Part shown: piece by piece, positions 14,301-16,370 of the stretch
Numbering within the stretch: position 1 is the first letter of the stretch
How the letters are laid out: the number at the start of each line of letters is the position of its first letter
UHGV virus genome: UHGV-1639282
Reading direction: 5' to 3' (one strand)
From: a virus
Length of the DNA: 16,370 bases
Notes under the pieces: generated by a model
Database searches by the model: none
Told to the model about the DNA's origin: nothing
What the model saw: the letters and a program-made list of their open reading frames with translations, nothing else
Program-made: the position numbers and the translations under genes

Positions 14301-16118
14301 CGTTTCCCCCTGCGCGATGTTAACGATGCGAACGCGCATAGGTTCGAGGTCTGGTTCTGTAATAGTCCAGACGCCGTTCAAAACAGGCGTTTCAGCCGAA
14401 GACAGGGCTTTTGAAAACGTAACTTTTGTTATATTTTCGCCAGTTTCAAGAACATCGCGTTCAACGATTTTGCCTTCCTGATTCAGTATTCGAATAAAGC
14501 AGCCGCCTTTGGCTAACGACACAGGCGCATCGAGTGTGACGCTGTTTTTGGTAAACGCCACAATTCGACCTGAGTTACGTTTGCCTGCGCGATATTTGTT
14601 CTGAATCAGAACGGTTTCACCAGGCATCAGAAATGACGCGTCTAAGCCGGCAGTAAATGTAATTACATCCGACTCCATTCTGGCGGTATATAAAAGCCAC
14701 AAACCAACTCGGTGAGCCTGCCCTCGGCTTGTACAGCCAAATGCTACGACTTCTGTTTTACGCTCACCATAACGGCGCATTGCGTCCTGATCTTCGACGT
14801 ACTCGATGTTTTGCTTATAACCGTCCTCCTTGTTGTTGTAGGTTACGAGCGCAACGGATGGGCGATCTTTACGCGCAGAACCTTTATAGGTAAACAATCC
14901 ATCTTTGACGTTAGAGTTGGTAAACATCATTACCGGATCTGATGGGCTATCCTGCATGATGTTAACCATCCCACCAGCCCAAAACACCATGCCGCGGAAT
15001 GCTCCGGCAATATCCTGAATTAGCCGGTATGCGTCCTGTCGACTGGTGATCTGTGTATTGATTGCAAAGCGTTTCTCTTTGCCACCAAAGCCATCATCGA
15101 CCTCTTCGTCACAATATCGACCAATCTGGTACAACTGGCCAAGGTCAATCATAGATTCCGACACATACTGACCAAGGCCATATCGAGCATTGGTCAGCAA
15201 ATCAAAGAGAATCCACGCGGGGTTCGAAGAAGACAACAGCTTAAAAGTGCCATCCCATACACCATCATAAGTGTTGCTGGCCTCGTTGTAGTTTGACGGC
15301 ACGCGAATTTTTAATCCACGTACCAAATACGAACGAGATGGCATGGTGCTACCAAACTGCTCAGAATTAACCTTCAGACCCACCAGCACAGAGTTTGGGT
15401 AGTTCATCGGTGTATCTACAATCTCACCTATTGAGTCCACCCATGTATCGTTATAGAGATACTGGCTGCTGTTATCATCGGTAATACGGACCACACGAAC
15501 CTTGTATGCTCGTCCAGGCTTAGGCAGCTTCAGCTCATAGCTACGGTAATAAACGCCGGTCTTCTTTGCTGTTAGCTTAATGCCAACGCTTTTTTCACCT
15601 TCAGCGACCACATCTACAAATGTTGAGTCGCCATTTGCTATCTGGAACTTGTACTCAACAGTCGTACCGTTCGTGTCACCAGTTTTTTTATCTATGCTTC
15701 GCAAAGAAGGAAACTTCATGATGACACGAACCCGATCAGCTTCATCGTTATCGATTGAAACCGTTACATAATGTGTTTTTTTTAACTGGATATTGACGGA
15801 TTTAGGCGTTTCAACGAAATCAAAGCCAGACATTGGAGTCTGGTCTTGTGAACCGTCGCGAAAATCCCATGTGATTCCGCTGAAGTTGGAGGAACCGTCT
15901 TCATTTACAATCGGCAGATCGTCGATAAAAATAGATCTTGCGCCATTTACTAAGCCGCCAATTACCCCTTCCCCAAGAAGATCGAGGATAGCGGCCATTG
16001 CACGAGAATTTACGGTATCGTCGGCTTCAACCGGTGTACGGCTGGAGCTTTTGCTGCTTTTTTTACCACCCGCACCGGCAATAAACAGCGGTAGCTTTTT
16101 CTTCTTGAACTGTTCCAT
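11391..16118 (-). CDS. J-like tail tip / host specificity (central fiber) protein with extended coiled coil (~1575 aa from ATG 16118; the ORF track's 16124 start is TTG)
   Basis: The N-terminal ~650 aa carry lambda J-like motifs (AFGCTSRGQAHRVGLWLL, PAWILFDLLTNARYGLGQY) and the C-terminus has KYVAGIALGI...QFLVQADRFGL, also J-like. Between them is a ~600-aa alpha-helical region that includes ~10 tandem 33-aa repeats. The ATG at 16118-16116 has AAGGA upstream. Confidence 0.9.
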   Translation of the reverse strand: MEQFKKKKLPLFIAGAGGKKSSKSSSRTPVEADDTVNSRAMAAILDLLGEGVIGGLVNGARSIFIDDLPIVNEDGSSNFSGITWDFRDGSQDQTPMSGFDFVETPKSVNIQLKKTHYVTVSIDNDEADRVRVIMKFPSLRSIDKKTGDTNGTTVEYKFQIANGDSTFVDVVAEGEKSVGIKLTAKKTGVYYRSYELKLPKPGRAYKVRVVRITDDNSSQYLYNDTWVDSIGEIVDTPMNYPNSVLVGLKVNSEQFGSTMPSRSYLVRGLKIRVPSNYNEASNTYDGVWDGTFKLLSSSNPAWILFDLLTNARYGLGQYVSESMIDLGQLYQIGRYCDEEVDDGFGGKEKRFAINTQITSRQDAYRLIQDIAGAFRGMVFWAGGMVNIMQDSPSDPVMMFTNSNVKDGLFTYKGSARKDRPSVALVTYNNKEDGYKQNIEYVEDQDAMRRYGERKTEVVAFGCTSRGQAHRVGLWLLYTARMESDVITFTAGLDASFLMPGETVLIQNKYRAGKRNSGRIVAFTKNSVTLDAPVSLAKGGCFIRILNQEGKIVERDVLETGENITKVTFSKALSSAETPVLNGVWTITEPDLEPMRVRIVNIAQGETPGSFDITAVENNPSKYEAIDNGATLIPQNTTVLDPTYSKPSNLQITEGTYLSSPGNLSVKLTATWEGKSPEYWISWRRSDENNVSNWQSARVTEEQYEIVNVAENGRYDFQLYAVSFNGKKTEIISAVYQVLGTMTPPDSPTSLTAVGDYRNVILNWVNPDSVDLDHINVYASQTNNLDTAKLIAESASTTFTHAGLGDSETWYYWVRASNKRGMLSPPNSNLGTEATTRDVLSFLTGKITSSELGQALLEDINSKASQEAVDELNEHINQSVESLEGAVNDVKEDIAELDKQFSDNLADFEIKFNERSDALENAQTELKGEVSATIDKVNEAFEKIDATDAAIVEIENTVSEHDKALANTVEAIKAARDEAAALIAKESEARVEGDAANAKQLEVLQSTVEESSAAVEEMKKTVAEVDRTSAELTTNIEALAKTNIDLALRQDEDQHKQMVNNAKIATTQKTFADDMSAMATKVEEIRVEIGEDIKASILEESTARADGDEALAKRVTQLQSKFEGDISAAISTEQEARTSADEALTTQITQLESKVSNDIVAAIKEEQEARATEDSALASQITQLQAKVDDDISAAIRSEQEARASGDSALAKQINQLQSKVDGDISAAITQEQEARASADQALSREINSLRAQTGTDIAAAVAVETKARTDADSALSTQITSLTAKANDLEASLARETTARADGDTALTKEVSSLKAQTAKDISAAVAVETQARTDADSALSSQITKLTSQYKEDIKAAVATETKTRTEQDAALATQITNLESQTAANISAAVTTETTARTQADNALSGRIDTLKAEVDGNTATIQQQATAIADTNKKVSTAWTLKMETSTSGGQKYVAGIALGIDTTGLSQFLVQADRFGLVNSVNGKITTPFVIENSIAYMNGAYIKDGTITNAKVGDLQSTNFVSGRSGWRFGKNGTLEINGNSGGNGRLVINGQRIDVYDDNNVLRVRIGRL
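11870..12870 (-). repeat. About ten imperfect tandem 99-bp repeats encoding 33-aa coiled-coil units (consensus approx. DISAAIxxEQEARxxADxALxxQITQLQSKVxx) within the J-like gene
   Basis: The protein-level repeat is obvious in the translation. A DNA periodicity of ~99 bp is seen in recurring motifs such as GCTCGGGCCTCCTGCTC at ~12415, ~12513, ~12612 and ~12711. Boundaries are approximate. Confidence 0.65.
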
Positions 16119-16135
16119 GTTCAAAAAATCCTTGT

Positions 16136-16370
16136 TTACATTAGCTGGTCAATCGTGATTGAAGAACTCACAACCTGTGAGCCAACCAGAATTTCCTCGC
16201 CATAGATAAGTTGTACTGGGTTGCCCTGGTTTTCTGTATTTTGAGGGCCGTCGAAATAATAAGAGTTCGAGTTATCTGCCTGTCTCACACTTTCGTTAGT
16301 GGCTTGCGCGGATATTTTTTGTGATAGGGCGCCCATCACCATCGACACACCGCAAGGTTCTAAAGCAGAC
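16136..16370 (-). CDS. Tail assembly protein I homolog, C-terminal fragment (N-terminus beyond the window end)
   Basis: The C-terminal sequence NSNSYYFDGPQNTENQGNPVQLIYGEEILVGSQVVSSS resembles the lambda gpI C-terminus as I recall it. It lies immediately upstream of the J-like gene, as in lambda. The stop at 16136-16138 is 15 nt before the J ATG. Confidence 0.7.
   Translation of the reverse strand, partial: SALEPCGVSMVMGALSQKISAQATNESVRQADNSNSYYFDGPQNTENQGNPVQLIYGEEILVGSQVVSSSITIDQLM

Noticed and set aside
1-16370. tRNA genes, an integrase/att site, and an invertible tail-fiber segment with a Pin/Cin/Gin-type invertase
   Set aside because: I found no T-loop/acceptor-like sequences in the intergenic regions, no recombinase-like ORF, and no inverted repeats flanking the fiber C-terminus. 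Absence here is based on reading only, without a covariance-model scan.

Overview
This window is the distal end of a lambda-like (siphovirus-type) tail gene block plus a downstream accessory region, almost all transcribed on the minus strand. All family assignments come from reading motifs in the translated ORFs and recalling known families; no database search was run. From right to left: a C-terminal fragment of a tail assembly protein I homolog (16136-16370); a ~1575-aa J-like tail tip protein with a long coiled coil that includes about ten tandem 33-aa (99-bp) repeats; a 1551-aa mosaic side tail fiber (Stf-like); a tail fiber assembly chaperone (Tfa-like); a translationally coupled pair of unknown genes in the usual post-tail-fiber cargo position; a compact lysis-like cassette with an overlapped spanin pair; a plus-strand AtaR/AtaT (TacA/TacT family) toxin-antitoxin operon; a ParA-like ATPase with a small basic partner; and, in an abruptly AT-rich segment running off the left edge, the first 372 codons of a KAP-family P-loop NTPase that the supplied ORF track does not list. 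I recognised no rRNA, tRNA, CRISPR array, integrase or transposase. The best candidates for something undescribed are (1) the co-oriented ParA-like / partner / KAP NTPase array beside the TA module and (2) the unknown gene pair at 5087-5949.
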